From IMG/VR virus record IMGVR_UViG_2724679122_000005: a stretch of 64,000 nt of DNA; one strand, written 5' to 3'. The notes below the pieces were generated by a model. The model was not told the DNA's origin. It worked only from the letters and a program-made list of their open reading frames with translations, and searched no databases. Numbering within the stretch: position 1 is the first letter of the stretch; every line of letters begins with the position of its first letter. Origin of the DNA: an uncultured virus (IMG/VR IMGVR_UViG_2724679122_000005) (taxonomy: Duplodnaviria > Heunggongvirae > Uroviricota > Caudoviricetes). Below, one piece after another: positions 29,871 to 40,260 of the stretch. A program made the position numbers and the translations under genes.

Positions 29871-30089
29871 ATGAATATCTGTGTTGGTGGTGAATTAGAT
29901 GGGCAAGTGATCGAAAAAGAAGGCAGATTACTTAAGGCTTCTGACATTGATCCATCATTCAAAACTGAGTACTACAAGCAAGTTTTTAACCGTGACAACA
30001 TTAATTATCATTTTTGGCTACCAATAGGGTCCAACTTGCATGAAATGTCAAAGCGAGTTTTGGATATTTTGAGAGCATCAAAAAATTAA
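29871..30089 (+). CDS. 72-aa moron protein
   Basis: MNICVGGELDGQV; degenerate copy at 31681. Confidence 0.7.
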   Translation: MNICVGGELDGQVIEKEGRLLKASDIDPSFKTEYYKQVFNRDNINYHFWLPIGSNLHEMSKRVLDILRASKN

Positions 30090-30302
30090 GCTTAAAGTAT
30101 ATTGTAAATACATCTTCTAACTTGTATGATATGTCACAAATACTGCGCTGAAAGTTTTTTGTTTTTTGACCCGTTTCTTTTTAGAAGCGGGTTTTTTAAT
30201 TTTTCTTTATGTATTTAAATTAGATGAAAGTATATGTTGCTTTTATTAGGTAGCTTATTGTTTACTTCGCATTAAAATTATTCTTTCTAAGAAGTTAATA
30301 AA

Positions 30303-30856
30303 ATGAAAAATTATTTAATAGGGTTAGTTATTACTTTGGGTATTAGTGGATGTGTATCTATACCGTCCATAGACTTTTCGCAGCAAAAAAGTTGAAAGGT
30401 TTAATCCAGTTAAAAAATTGGATTAGTGTTGATACCGCTCCAGTCAAGGATATGCCAAATGGCAAAGAAATCTTTAAATTGAAAGGGGGAAGTGAAGTTT
30501 ATGTATTCTGGTACCAAGATGAATGGGCGTTATTAAATCCAAATATGGATAGACAACAATGGATTGATACTAAATATTTGTGCAGTTTTGCTGGTTGTTA
30601 TACTCCACCAGTCACCTATAGATATTCAAAAGGGAGTTTTGATAACAGGCAGCCTGTTTACTCAACTCCTCAAAGAGAATCAAAAGGCTATAATAATACT
30701 AGAACTAGAAGTTCTGCTACTACACGGACTCCAAGAAGTTATAGTAAAACGACTAATAACTCTTGTTACTGCACATCTGGAACTTATTGTGTTGGGCCTA
30801 GAGGTGGACATTACTGCCTTAATAGCACAGGTTCAAAAAGATATCTTCCACGATAA
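30303..30856 (+). CDS. Lipoprotein with SH3b-like domain and Cys/GPRGG tail (homopolymer shifts in 5' part)
   Basis: MKNYLIGLVITLGISGC lipobox; CYCTSGTYCVGPRGGHYC. Confidence 0.7.
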
Positions 30857-30938
30857 ACTGTATAAGCTTTAAGAAGCTCTGCTAAATATCGATTATTGGC
30901 GGGGCTATTTTATTGTTAAGTATTTCTGTAAGATCTGA

Positions 30939-31021
30939 GTGTTGCTTTAAACAACAATAAACCTTAATGATCAGCGCAAAAGTCATAAGGGGAAAGCCTA
31001 CTTGAAAGAGTAGGCTTTTTT
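30939..31021 (+). ncRNA. Candidate sRNA, copy 1
   Basis: Non-coding unit repeated at 33076; -10-like TAAGAT upstream; intrinsic terminator. Confidence 0.5.
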
Positions 31022-31029
31022 ATGAGAAA

Positions 31030-31264
31030 TCATTCAAGTTCAAGTTGATTGTCATCCTTAGTAACTTTTATTTTTAATTTTTTGTATTTGCGTTTGTTTG
31101 GATCTAAAGCGGAGTTTGATACTTCATCGGCAAATTTAGGATTCTGCATTAATTCGTAATAGGTTTTATACCCAATACGAATTCTAGTTGGTGGGCAGTC
31201 AGTTCTTTTTTGAGTAATATTCAATCTGCGAATTTAATTCGTCTAAAAGTGTTTGGTGTTCCAT
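31030..31264 (-). CDS. Small moron protein (frameshift)
   Basis: ATG at 31264 (MEHQTLLDELN) joins ORF 31030-31224. Confidence 0.55.
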
Positions 31265-31680
31265 TGTGTTATTGATTTTGGCAGTTAGGTAAACTAAGGA
31301 TACTGTAATTTACAAAATCAAGCAGAAGTAATTGATACACATTGTGTTTATAGGTTGTAATGGTTAGTGCATTAATAAGATTAAATGTGACTTATTTAAC
31401 AAAAAAAAGTGTTGAGTGAAATTTAATCAAAATGTCACATGGCTGGTTTAAATTATATTTATAAAAATAAAAATGATAGAAGATTGCAACGGACAATAAC
31501 TATGCAAGCATGATTCTCAAACGATTGAATTAAGCTGACTCTAACAAGTTGGCTTTTTTTTTAGCTATCGATTTTTAAATGTGCTAGCCGGGAAATACGG
31601 CAAAGCCTCACTATTGATTAGTGGGGGCTTTTTTCTTTTTTGTGTTAAGCTGATCTCCATAATTTTTATGGATTAGTACA

Positions 31681-31776
31681 ATGTTTATTTGCGTTGATGG
31701 TGAACTCAATGGGCAAGTGATAGAAAAAAGGGGCGTTAAGAACAAAGATGTATATAAATATTATAAAACTCAGTAA
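31681..31776 (+). pseudogene. Truncated paralog of 29871-30089
   Basis: MFICVDGELNGQVIEK versus MNICVGGELDGQVIEK. Confidence 0.6.
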
Positions 31777-31911
31777 TTGCATAATAAATTCAAATATTTA
31801 CTTAAAATCAGGGTGACAGAATTTAAACAATCTTTACCTAGGCGAAGGATTTAGTAAATCAAATAAACATTATTTTAGACGGATAATTATAAAAAACGGA
31901 GTACAAATGTC

Positions 31912-32275
31912 GTGAATAAGAATGTAGAGCTAATAAATTACATTGATGTAGCTGAGACAGTTTACGAACGGGTATATGAAAATAATAAAATTTCAAATAA
32001 TTTGATCGTTAATCTAAATCGCATTATGGCTGAGATAAAGAATCAAGCTGCAGAAAAAAAGACTCAAATTGAAGTACAGCTCAATAGACTTTGAACATTG
32101 TTTAAGTTTGCCTTTAGCTGATCGCAAGATAAAAGTAGATTTAAGTCTTATACCTCATTTTGAAGATCGTGAAGAAAGTATTTTGTGGTTAACTAACTTT
32201 ATTGGAAAAATTTGTGAGCCCAGAAAGATGCAAAGACAGAAAAAAAAAACTTCATTAAGTACCTGTGAATTTTAG
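31912..32275 (+). CDS. Moron protein B (frameshift in A-run)
   Basis: Two ORF pieces; paralog of 33372-33829. Confidence 0.6.
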
Positions 32276-32466
32276 ATGAACAGCCCTTAAAGCGGTTTTT
32301 TATTGCTAGTAGAATATTTAAGGTATCTTTTCTAATAGGCACATACTATTAAAGTGTTTTTTATTTATTTTTTAGATTGAAAAGATTGCTATTGGAGTAA
32401 TTTAAATATAAAAATCTTTATTGATTGAGCGTAGTTGTTATACAGGATATTTATAAGGATTTTAAA

Positions 32467-32703
32467 ATGACAATTATCACATTGCTTGATGTTGAGACGA
32501 AGAAGAAGGTGATAGTTCGGTCCGTAATAGACCCAATAGCAAGAATAGACAAAAAAGGGAATATACAAATTATTCAAATTCATAAATGGCTAGATGATGA
32601 ATCTGGAGATTTTGTTGATGAAGACTTATATGAGGCACTCAACAATGGAGAAGTTGGAATATACTTAACTTTGCAGTATATGATCATTGATATTGAAAAT
32701 TAA
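32467..32703 (+). CDS. 78-aa moron protein
   Basis: AAGGA RBS before MTIITLLD. Confidence 0.6.
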   Translation: MTIITLLDVETKKKVIVRSVIDPIARIDKKGNIQIIQIHKWLDDESGDFVDEDLYEALNNGEVGIYLTLQYMIIDIEN

Positions 32704-33075
32704 TTATTTTTTATTTTTAGTCAGTGTGATTTCTTACTCTCTAGAGCCTAATGGTTACTACACATAAGACCTTATTAAGTATTACCTATTGATGGGCACA
32801 TATTCTTTATAAGTCTTGATAAGTAAAAAAATTATGTAGGCTAAAAATAAAACCATTTAAAAAAAGAAATCTTTATCTATTTAAATATGAATATTTGATA
32901 TTTTTAATTCAATCCCTATTGCTAGTGCTTAAATATTATGCCAATATGAAGTTGGAGATATTTCCGAATAGATATTTCCTATTTCAGGTCTAAGCGTTTT
33001 TTTTTCGCTAAGCCCATTTCTGAATAAAAATAGGAAGTGGGCTTTTTTATTTTTGAATATTTCAGTATTATCAGT

Positions 33076-33160
33076 GTGTTGCTTTAAGTAACCCTAAACC
33101 TTATTGATCAGCGCAAATATCAAAAAAGGGGGGGAGCTTGCCTACTAGGCAAGCTTTTTT
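33076..33160 (+). ncRNA. Candidate sRNA, copy 2
   Basis: Homolog of 30939-31021; TATTAT -10; AGCTTGCCTA/TAGGCAAGCT terminator. Confidence 0.5.
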
Positions 33161-33371
33161 AAATTGATAATTTAAACACAATAATCCATTTTAAAGCTCA
33201 ATAGAAAAATCAAACTTTCCCTAGCTTTTATTCGTACTAATTTATTGAATATAATCGTTTTTATAATTTTTAAAATTTCCTTAAACTAAAAATGGAAAAT
33301 TTCTTGTTGCAACATTGTTATAATAGGACTACCTTAAGAAAAATACTTTATAAAAATGAGGAGCTGCCGAA

Positions 33372-33829
33372 ATGCCACAGTATCTCATGTTTGCGGAAAA
33401 TATTTATAACAAAATTAAAGATGAGGAATTGTTTTCACATGACTGTATTGAAAATATGAACTTACTTATGACATGTATACGCAGAGAAATTGAGGGAACA
33501 GAATTTAAATTAAAATATAATTTTATTGATTTTGTTGAATTGTTTAGTAAACAATTAGATGAATGTAAAGTAAAAAATAGATGTGAGTTTGATTCCTCCT
33601 CATAATTCAGAAGGTGAGTATATTTTATGGTTAGCTGGATTTATCGAAAAAAATTACAGAAGGTGGACCTAAACCACCTCCGCCTATAAAGAAATTTATT
33701 CCAGAGTATATGAGCTTGAAATATGAATTAGATTTTTTACCTTTAAATGAGGAAAAAATTCAAACCGAAGGTAAAGAAATTACGGATTACTTTAATTCAA
33801 AGCTTTATAAGGCAACTTTTAAGAAATAA
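33372..33829 (+). CDS. Moron protein B' (frameshifts in A-runs)
   Basis: GAGGAG RBS; paralog of 31912-32275. Confidence 0.6.
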
Positions 33830-33889
33830 TAGTTAGTTGTCTCTATTTTTAGCCACCGCCTTAGGGCGGTTTTTTTATGGGTAAGAATA

Positions 33890-34324
33890 ATGGATTCTAC
33901 AGAATACTTTTGGCTTACTCGGAAAAAAGAACCTAAAACTAAACCTAAAAGCCGGCCACTGCCAAAGCCTACACAAAAATATCTCGAGGCTGAGGCAACA
34001 CTTAAGGAAGAGCTTGAGGATTTGTCGATTGGATTTGAACAGAAGTTTCAGCCGATCCATACCAAACACTGGCGCTTTGACTTTCATATTGTGAAATTGC
34101 GTTTGCTCATTGAAATTGAGGGCGGTTCCTGGTCTGGTGGGCGTAGTGGAAAACTGTCAAATAAAGCATGGAGTCTTGATCGATATGATCATGCTGAAGA
34201 GATGGGTTACAAAATAGAGCGCTTTCATCCAGACTCTGTTTTGTCGGGATATGTCATTAACTGGATAAAAGACGAATTAGCGAGAATTGAAGATGGAGCA
34301 GATCAGACCATTTCCACCGACTGA
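33890..34324 (+). CDS. DUF559/Vsr-like PD-(D/E)xK endonuclease
   Basis: WRFDF..LLIEIEGG motif. Confidence 0.75.
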   Translation: MDSTEYFWLTRKKEPKTKPKSRPLPKPTQKYLEAEATLKEELEDLSIGFEQKFQPIHTKHWRFDFHIVKLRLLIEIEGGSWSGGRSGKLSNKAWSLDRYDHAEEMGYKIERFHPDSVLSGYVINWIKDELARIEDGADQTISTD

Positions 34325-34934
34325 TTTTATTGATCAAGCAGATGAAGAAGAAGCAATAAGACTAACACCAGCACCAGATCTAAAAAAATGGGTTGTTGCT
34401 AATTACTTAACTATTGGTGGACCTCTTTATAATCCCGATCATGATCACATAGCTGAGCTGCTTCACGATAATGAAGAATTTTTAGCATGTGCTTGGGCCT
34501 CTTCTGCATATAAAAGCAAGCAAGCTATGGTGTTAGGTCAGTGCGAAAAAGTCATGTTCAATGTTGGTGGATGGCGTAAGGCCAGACAAGAGCAACAGAT
34601 GCGAGACTGGTTCGGCTTTGTGCCAACATACTTGATCACCATTGATGCTACATTTTGCGACAAAGCAAATGATCGTGAGTTTTGTGCTTTGCTTGAGCAT
34701 GAACTCTACCATATAGGCGTAGAACGTGATGAAGACGGTGAAATGATCTTTAGTAGCTCAACAGGTTTACCTAAACATTATTTAGCTGGTCACGATGTCG
34801 AAGAGTTTGTTGGTGTAACCAAACGGTGGGGGGCGAGTCAAAGCGTTAAACGTATCGTTGAAGCTGCAAAGAATCCGCCGTTTGTTTCGAAACTTGATAT
34901 TTCAAAATGCTGCGGAAACTGCGTAATCAACTGA
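34293..34934 (+). CDS. Putative phage metallopeptidase
   Basis: LLEHELYH (HExxH); HDVEEF. Confidence 0.75.
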   Translation: MEQIRPFPPTDFIDQADEEEAIRLTPAPDLKKWVVANYLTIGGPLYNPDHDHIAELLHDNEEFLACAWASSAYKSKQAMVLGQCEKVMFNVGGWRKARQEQQMRDWFGFVPTYLITIDATFCDKANDREFCALLEHELYHIGVERDEDGEMIFSSSTGLPKHYLAGHDVEEFVGVTKRWGASQSVKRIVEAAKNPPFVSKLDISKCCGNCVIN

Positions 34935-34992
34935 GCCGAATGGCTCTTTTTTTTGCCTTCTTTGCTAGACGTAGCTAGACAAAGGTGGGGGT

Positions 34993-35508
34993 ATGGCTGC
35001 ACTTAAAGAACAGGTAAAAATATTTATTGTTCAAGCGCTTGCCTGCATGGATACCCCTCAACAGGTAGCTAATGCTGTCAAGCAAGAATTTAACATTGAG
35101 ATTGATCGAAAACAGGTACAACTTTATGACCCGACAAAAGCGGCAGGAAAGAATTTAAGTAAGAAATATAAAGACCTTTTTCATAAAACCCGAGAGGACT
35201 TTAAAAAGAATGTTTATGACATCCCTTTAGCTAATAAAGCCTATCGGCTTAAAGAACTTCAGAAGATCTATGAAGACTGGAAGAACAACAGGCTTATGAA
35301 GCAAGGGGTTATTAAACAGGTTAGGGAAGAAATGCAGGGTTATGACCTCATGCTTTTAAATCTTGAGTTAAAGCAACTTGAGATTGAAAAGTTAAGAGAG
35401 GGTGAAGGTGATGAAGATCCAACACCAGTCAAGGTAACTATTCAAGTTGTAGATGCGAGTAAAAAAGATGCCGAACATCAATCCGACACTGAATGTACCT
35501 CAGGCTAA
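34993..35508 (+). CDS. Terminase small subunit (DUF2280-like)
   Basis: FIVQALAC.DTP..YDPTK; immediately upstream of terL. Confidence 0.75.
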   Translation: MAALKEQVKIFIVQALACMDTPQQVANAVKQEFNIEIDRKQVQLYDPTKAAGKNLSKKYKDLFHKTREDFKKNVYDIPLANKAYRLKELQKIYEDWKNNRLMKQGVIKQVREEMQGYDLMLLNLELKQLEIEKLREGEGDEDPTPVKVTIQVVDASKKDAEHQSDTECTSG

Positions 35509-36761
35509 TTTTTTTGCAGATGGAAAAGAAGTTCCGCGCATTTGTCGCTGGCTTTGGATCGGGAAAGACTTGGGTTGGATGCTCCAGTTTATGCAACAAA
35601 GCTTGGGAATTCCCAAAAGTACCTTTGGGTTATTTTGCTCCAACTTACCCGCAGATTCGCGACATTTTCTTTCCAACTATTGAAGAGGTTGCTTTCGATT
35701 GGGGGCTTAAAACTAAGGTTTATGAAACCAATAAAGAGGTGGATATCTATTATGGTCGGCAATATCGAACTACAATCATTTGCCGGTCTATGGAGAAACC
35801 AGCAACCATTGTAGGTTTTAAAATTGGCCACGCCTTGATTGATGAGCTTGATGTTATGGCCAAGGTCAAAGCTCAACAGGCTTGGCGTAAGATCATCGCT
35901 CGTATGCGTTATAAGCAAGCTGGTTTGCTCAACGGTATTGATGTGGCCACAACACCAGAAGGTTTTAAGTTTACATACGAGCAATTTGTTAAAGAGGCAA
36001 ATAAATCAGAGGCTAAGCGTAAGCTCTATGGAATGATTCAAGCTTCAACTTATGACAATGAAGCTAATCTTCCAGATGACTACATATCATCACTTTATGA
36101 GTCTTATCCGCCGCAATTAATTTCAGCTTATTTAAGAGGGCAGTTTGTCAATTTAACCAGTGGTGCTGTTTACCCCGACTTTGATCGAGTTCTAAACCAC
36201 ACGGATGAAGAAATTAAGAAAGGTGAGCCTTTACTCATTGGTATGGATTTTAACGTGCTTAAAATGGCTGCTGTGGTTTATGTCATTAGAGAAGGGAAGC
36301 CAAGAGCTTTAGATGAACTGGTTGGCGTGAGAGATACACCGACGATGTGTCAACTGATTAATGAGCGCTTTCCAGATCACGATATTACTGTGATTCCAGA
36401 TGCTTCAGGTCAGGCAACATCATCAAAGAACTTCAGTGAATCTGATCATGCAATCTTAAAGAAAAATGGATTCAAAGTTGAAGTTAATGGTGTGAATCCC
36501 GGTATTAAAGATCGTATCACTGCAGTTAATGCACAAATTCTGAATGCTGAGGGTGAACGACACTTAAAAGTGAACACAAACAAGTGTCCTAACTTTACGG
36601 CTACTTTAGAACAGCAAGTCTATGATGATTTTGGAATGCCAGATAAAAGCGCTGGTTTGGACCACGTTGGGGACGCTGGTGGATATCCAATAGCTAAGAG
36701 ATTCCCAGTCATCATTCAGAAAATATTTAAACGGCGCGCAATCGCTGGTTTTTCTCGTTAA
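35468..36761 (+). CDS. terL: Terminase large subunit (5' homopolymer frameshift)
   Basis: AGFGSGKT Walker A; IDE Walker B; IGMDFN and DHVGDA nuclease motifs. Confidence 0.92.
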
Positions 36762-36800
36762 TCAATGCACCTTCTCAGGTGCTTTTTTATTGGTGTTTTT

Positions 36801-38142
36801 ATGGCAGTTACTGATAAACATCCGCAGTATATTGCTGCACAAAAAAAGCTGGGAGATTATGCGGGACGCCGTTGCTGGTGAAGAGCAGATCAAACAGGCA
36901 CAAACAAAGTACCTAGCTAAATCGGCCGGAATGATTGAGGCTGAAAAGCAAGGTGATACGACTGGAGAGATTTATAAGGCCTATCTAAGTCGAGCTCAGT
37001 ATCCGCTATGGGTTCAGGACGCATTACGCACGATGATTGGTTTAGTTTCAAAGCTGGAACCTAACATCGTAATTGAAAGTTCTCTGTTAAAGGGTTTGAT
37101 AGAGAATGCAACCAATGATGGTTTTGGGCTTAAACAGCTCTTTATTCGCATTTGTTCAGAGTTGCTAGAGTTTGGGCGCTGTGGTTTGCTTGTCGATGTT
37201 GATGGGGCTGGTGTGCCATATTTCGCTCTATATGATGCGCTATCAATCATTAACTGGAAGGAAAACAGCATTGGTGGCCGTAAGGATCTAAAGCTGTTAG
37301 TGCTCGAGGAACAATTCGAAAATAGTGAAGATGAGTTTGGGCATGATACAAAGACGGTTCACCGTGTTTTATCTATGGTTGATGGTGCGCTAACTGTACG
37401 GTTATTTGATGGCTCTGTTGAAGAAGATAAAACGCCAGATCTCGGCGGTAATCAGCTATCTTTCACGCCGTTTGTTTTCTGTGGAACGACCGATAATTCT
37501 CCACAAGTTGGAACGGTACCATTGCTTACCATGGCCAAGGCAGCACTCAAGTATTACCAGCTAAGTGCGGATTATTACCAGTCACTTCACCATACAGCTC
37601 ATCCGCAGCCTTGGATTAATGGACTTGAGGGTGATGAAGATATTAGCGTTACTGGTGTGATGGCTGTCTGGAGCCTTCCTAGTGAATCTCAGTGTGGTTA
37701 TCTCGAAATTTCAGGTAGTGGCATTGAACTCACTAAAAAGGAAATGGATGCTCAAAAGAATTCGGCATTAGAAGCTGGAGCAAAGGTGATTGATACCAAC
37801 TCACAAGAATCAGGTGAAGCACGACGTGCGCGTCAGGATGACCAACAAGCAAGCCTACATAGCATTGTCACTTGTGCTGCTGCAGCTATTGAACAAGCTA
37901 TCAAATATGCAGCTCAGTGGTTAAAGCTGGATTCAACAAAATATGCATTTACGGTTGAACCTGAATTTATCGTTCAGCAATACGATATCAATCTGGCCAA
38001 ACAACTTTATGAAGGTGCTATTGCCGGAAAGAACTCTTTCCGCACATATTGGGAATACCTGATGACAGGTAAATTACCAGCTCACGACTATCAGGAAGAA
38101 GTGAAGCGGGTTGAAGGTGAACGGGACAGTATGCCGTTGTAG
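36801..38142 (+). CDS. Portal protein (DUF4055-like; 5' frameshift)
   Basis: Follows terL; YKAYLSRA, GRCGLLVD. Confidence 0.85.
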
Positions 38143-38151
38143 AGGTGACGT

Positions 38152-39258
38152 ATGGCTTCAAAAGAAGATAAATCATTGATTGAAGTACTTACCCAACATC
38201 AGGCGTACTTATATCGGGTGTCTTCTCAATCTGTTAATGAGCTACTAAAAATCTTTAATGATGAGTCAATATTAATGTTGGCAAAGCTTCGGGATTTGCT
38301 TGATGAATTAAATGATTCTGAAAAGATGGCTCTAGCAAGTGGACAGTACACTACAACTAATCTTAAAGAAATTCGTGATCTGATTGCTCAGTGGTTTATA
38401 GGACTAAATACTGCATTACCTGAAGCTTTCGCAGTTTCTGCTACTGCCTTGGCAGTATATGAAGCCAATTATACGGCGAAGCTATATGGCGGCAAGATCA
38501 AAAAGCCAAATGGTGAAAAGCTTTATGCAGCAGCTAAAAAAGTACCGTTGGTGGGAGGAGCACTGGTTGATGAGCTGCTTTCTAAGATTGCTGAAACTGC
38601 ACGCCAAAAAGTTGAGTATGCCATTCGGGATGGTATCAACTCAGGTAAAACAAATCAGGAAATAGTTCAGCGCATTCGCGGCACCAAGCGGCTTAATTAT
38701 GAGGATGGGCTTCTAAGTAGCAGTAAGACTGATATCGACCGTACGGTGAGAACAGTTCGTAGTCATGTAGCCAATCAAGCTTATCTCAATAGCTTTAACC
38801 AGATTGGCTTTGAATACGTAAGACTGGTAGCAACTTTAGACGGAAGAACTTCAAAACTTTGCGCAACTCTTGATGGTTCCGTATGGGAGATTAACGATCC
38901 GGCAAAGCGCGTACCGCCGTTGCATCCTAATTGCCGAAGTATTCTGGTACCTGTAGAGAAAGACGGGAAATTAGTTGGTGAACGGCCATTTGTTATGGAC
39001 GAACGTCGAGTTAAAGACATCCCGAAAGAAGAGCGTAGCCAGTTAATAGGGCAGCTAGATGCCAATACTACGTTTAGAGAGTTCTTCAAGAAGACAGATG
39101 ATTTCTTTCAAAGAGAATGGTTGGGGCCGAAACGTTACAAGCTCTATAAGGAAGGAAAATTTGATTTTGATAAGTTCTTCGATCCAGAGGGGCGGTTATA
39201 TACATTGGACCAACTTCGAAAGTTGGATGAGCAAACCTTTAAGGAGTTGGGCTTATGA
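38152..39258 (+). CDS. Minor head protein (SPP1 gp7/Mu F-like)
   Basis: ATLDGRTSKLC..PPLHPNCRS. Confidence 0.9.
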   Translation: MASKEDKSLIEVLTQHQAYLYRVSSQSVNELLKIFNDESILMLAKLRDLLDELNDSEKMALASGQYTTTNLKEIRDLIAQWFIGLNTALPEAFAVSATALAVYEANYTAKLYGGKIKKPNGEKLYAAAKKVPLVGGALVDELLSKIAETARQKVEYAIRDGINSGKTNQEIVQRIRGTKRLNYEDGLLSSSKTDIDRTVRTVRSHVANQAYLNSFNQIGFEYVRLVATLDGRTSKLCATLDGSVWEINDPAKRVPPLHPNCRSILVPVEKDGKLVGERPFVMDERRVKDIPKEERSQLIGQLDANTTFREFFKKTDDFFQREWLGPKRYKLYKEGKFDFDKFFDPEGRLYTLDQLRKLDEQTFKELGL

Positions 39259-39485
39259 GTGAGTCAAGACATTTAGTGCTAAAGCGTCACCCTACTTTGA
39301 AAGGTTATCTGGTTATTTGTGATGAAGAAACTGGACAACCACTAGCTGGACAAAGAGCAGTACAGATGAATTCTGATGCCTTAAATGGACCTGCAACAAT
39401 TACTGTAACTTTTGAAGCATATGGTGCTCATGGTGTTCGCTTACTGACTGATGAACCAAGGCCGACTCAAACAAAGCAAATGTAG
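39255..39485 (+). CDS. Phage hypothetical protein
   Basis: ATGA-coupled 76-aa ORF. Confidence 0.65.
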   Translation: MSESRHLVLKRHPTLKGYLVICDEETGQPLAGQRAVQMNSDALNGPATITVTFEAYGAHGVRLLTDEPRPTQTKQM

Positions 39486-39500
39486 CGAAAGGTACTACAA

Positions 39501-39653
39501 ATGTCTGAAAAGCAAATCAATATGTCGGATGCTCAATATATTCTGAGCACAAAATTAATTCTGGTGCCATTTCTTCAAATTAAGATTTCAAGAGCCATGG
39601 CAATTTATGGTTTTACTTTTGAAAGATTAAAAGCGATTGCACTCATCAATTAG
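39501..39653 (+). CDS. 50-aa hypothetical protein
   Basis: Translated by hand; AAGG upstream. Confidence 0.4.
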   Translation: MSEKQINMSDAQYILSTKLILVPFLQIKISRAMAIYGFTFERLKAIALIN

Positions 39654-39859
39654 AACTTAATTTTTAACCTTAGCACCTTCGGGTGCTTTTTTTGTGAGAA
39701 GAAAANNNNNNNNNNNNNNNNNNNNNNNNNNNNNNNNNNNNNNNNNNNNNNNNNNNNNNNNNNNNNNNNNNNNNNNNNNNNNNNNNNNNNNNNNNNNNNN
39801 NNNNNCACCATTTTTTTTTTAACCTTAGCACCTTCGGGTGCTTTTTTTGTGAGAAGAAA

Positions 39860-40174
39860 ATGATCAAAGAAGTAACAGAGCAAGAGTTAGCTGAAAAGTC
39901 TGTGGCACCCCGAGTAACTAAAGCGCAAATTGATTCATTGATGGAGCGTGTTACATATACGGTTGAGCAACGCCCCGGTGGCACGACATCTACTTTTGTC
40001 CATGCATTTTTAGATGGAAAGTTTTTCCTAGCAACGGGTTTTAGTGCATGTGTGAATGCTGAAAACTTTGATGCTGAAATTGGTGAGCGTATGGCTCGTG
40101 GAAATGCAGAAAAGTCAGCTGAAAATAAACTTTGGGAGCTAGAAGGCTACCGTTTATTTGCAACAAATTACTAA
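39860..40174 (+). CDS. N4 Gp49/Sf6 Gp66-family protein (candidate nucleotide sponge)
   Basis: APRVT, GFSACVNAENFDAEIG, KLWELEGYRL motifs. Confidence 0.75.
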   Translation: MIKEVTEQELAEKSVAPRVTKAQIDSLMERVTYTVEQRPGGTTSTFVHAFLDGKFFLATGFSACVNAENFDAEIGERMARGNAEKSAENKLWELEGYRLFATNY

Positions 40175-40260
40175 GTTTTCAATCGAAATTTAGCGTCCTT
40201 AGGGGCGCTTTTTTAATGCCTTGAGATAAGTCTTTACCCAATCAAACGAGAGGTTTGAAC

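Noticed and set aside
39661..39859. Apparent tandem duplication of the hairpin leader across the gap
   Set aside because: Overlapping contig ends at a repeat shared with 48598; an assembly artefact.
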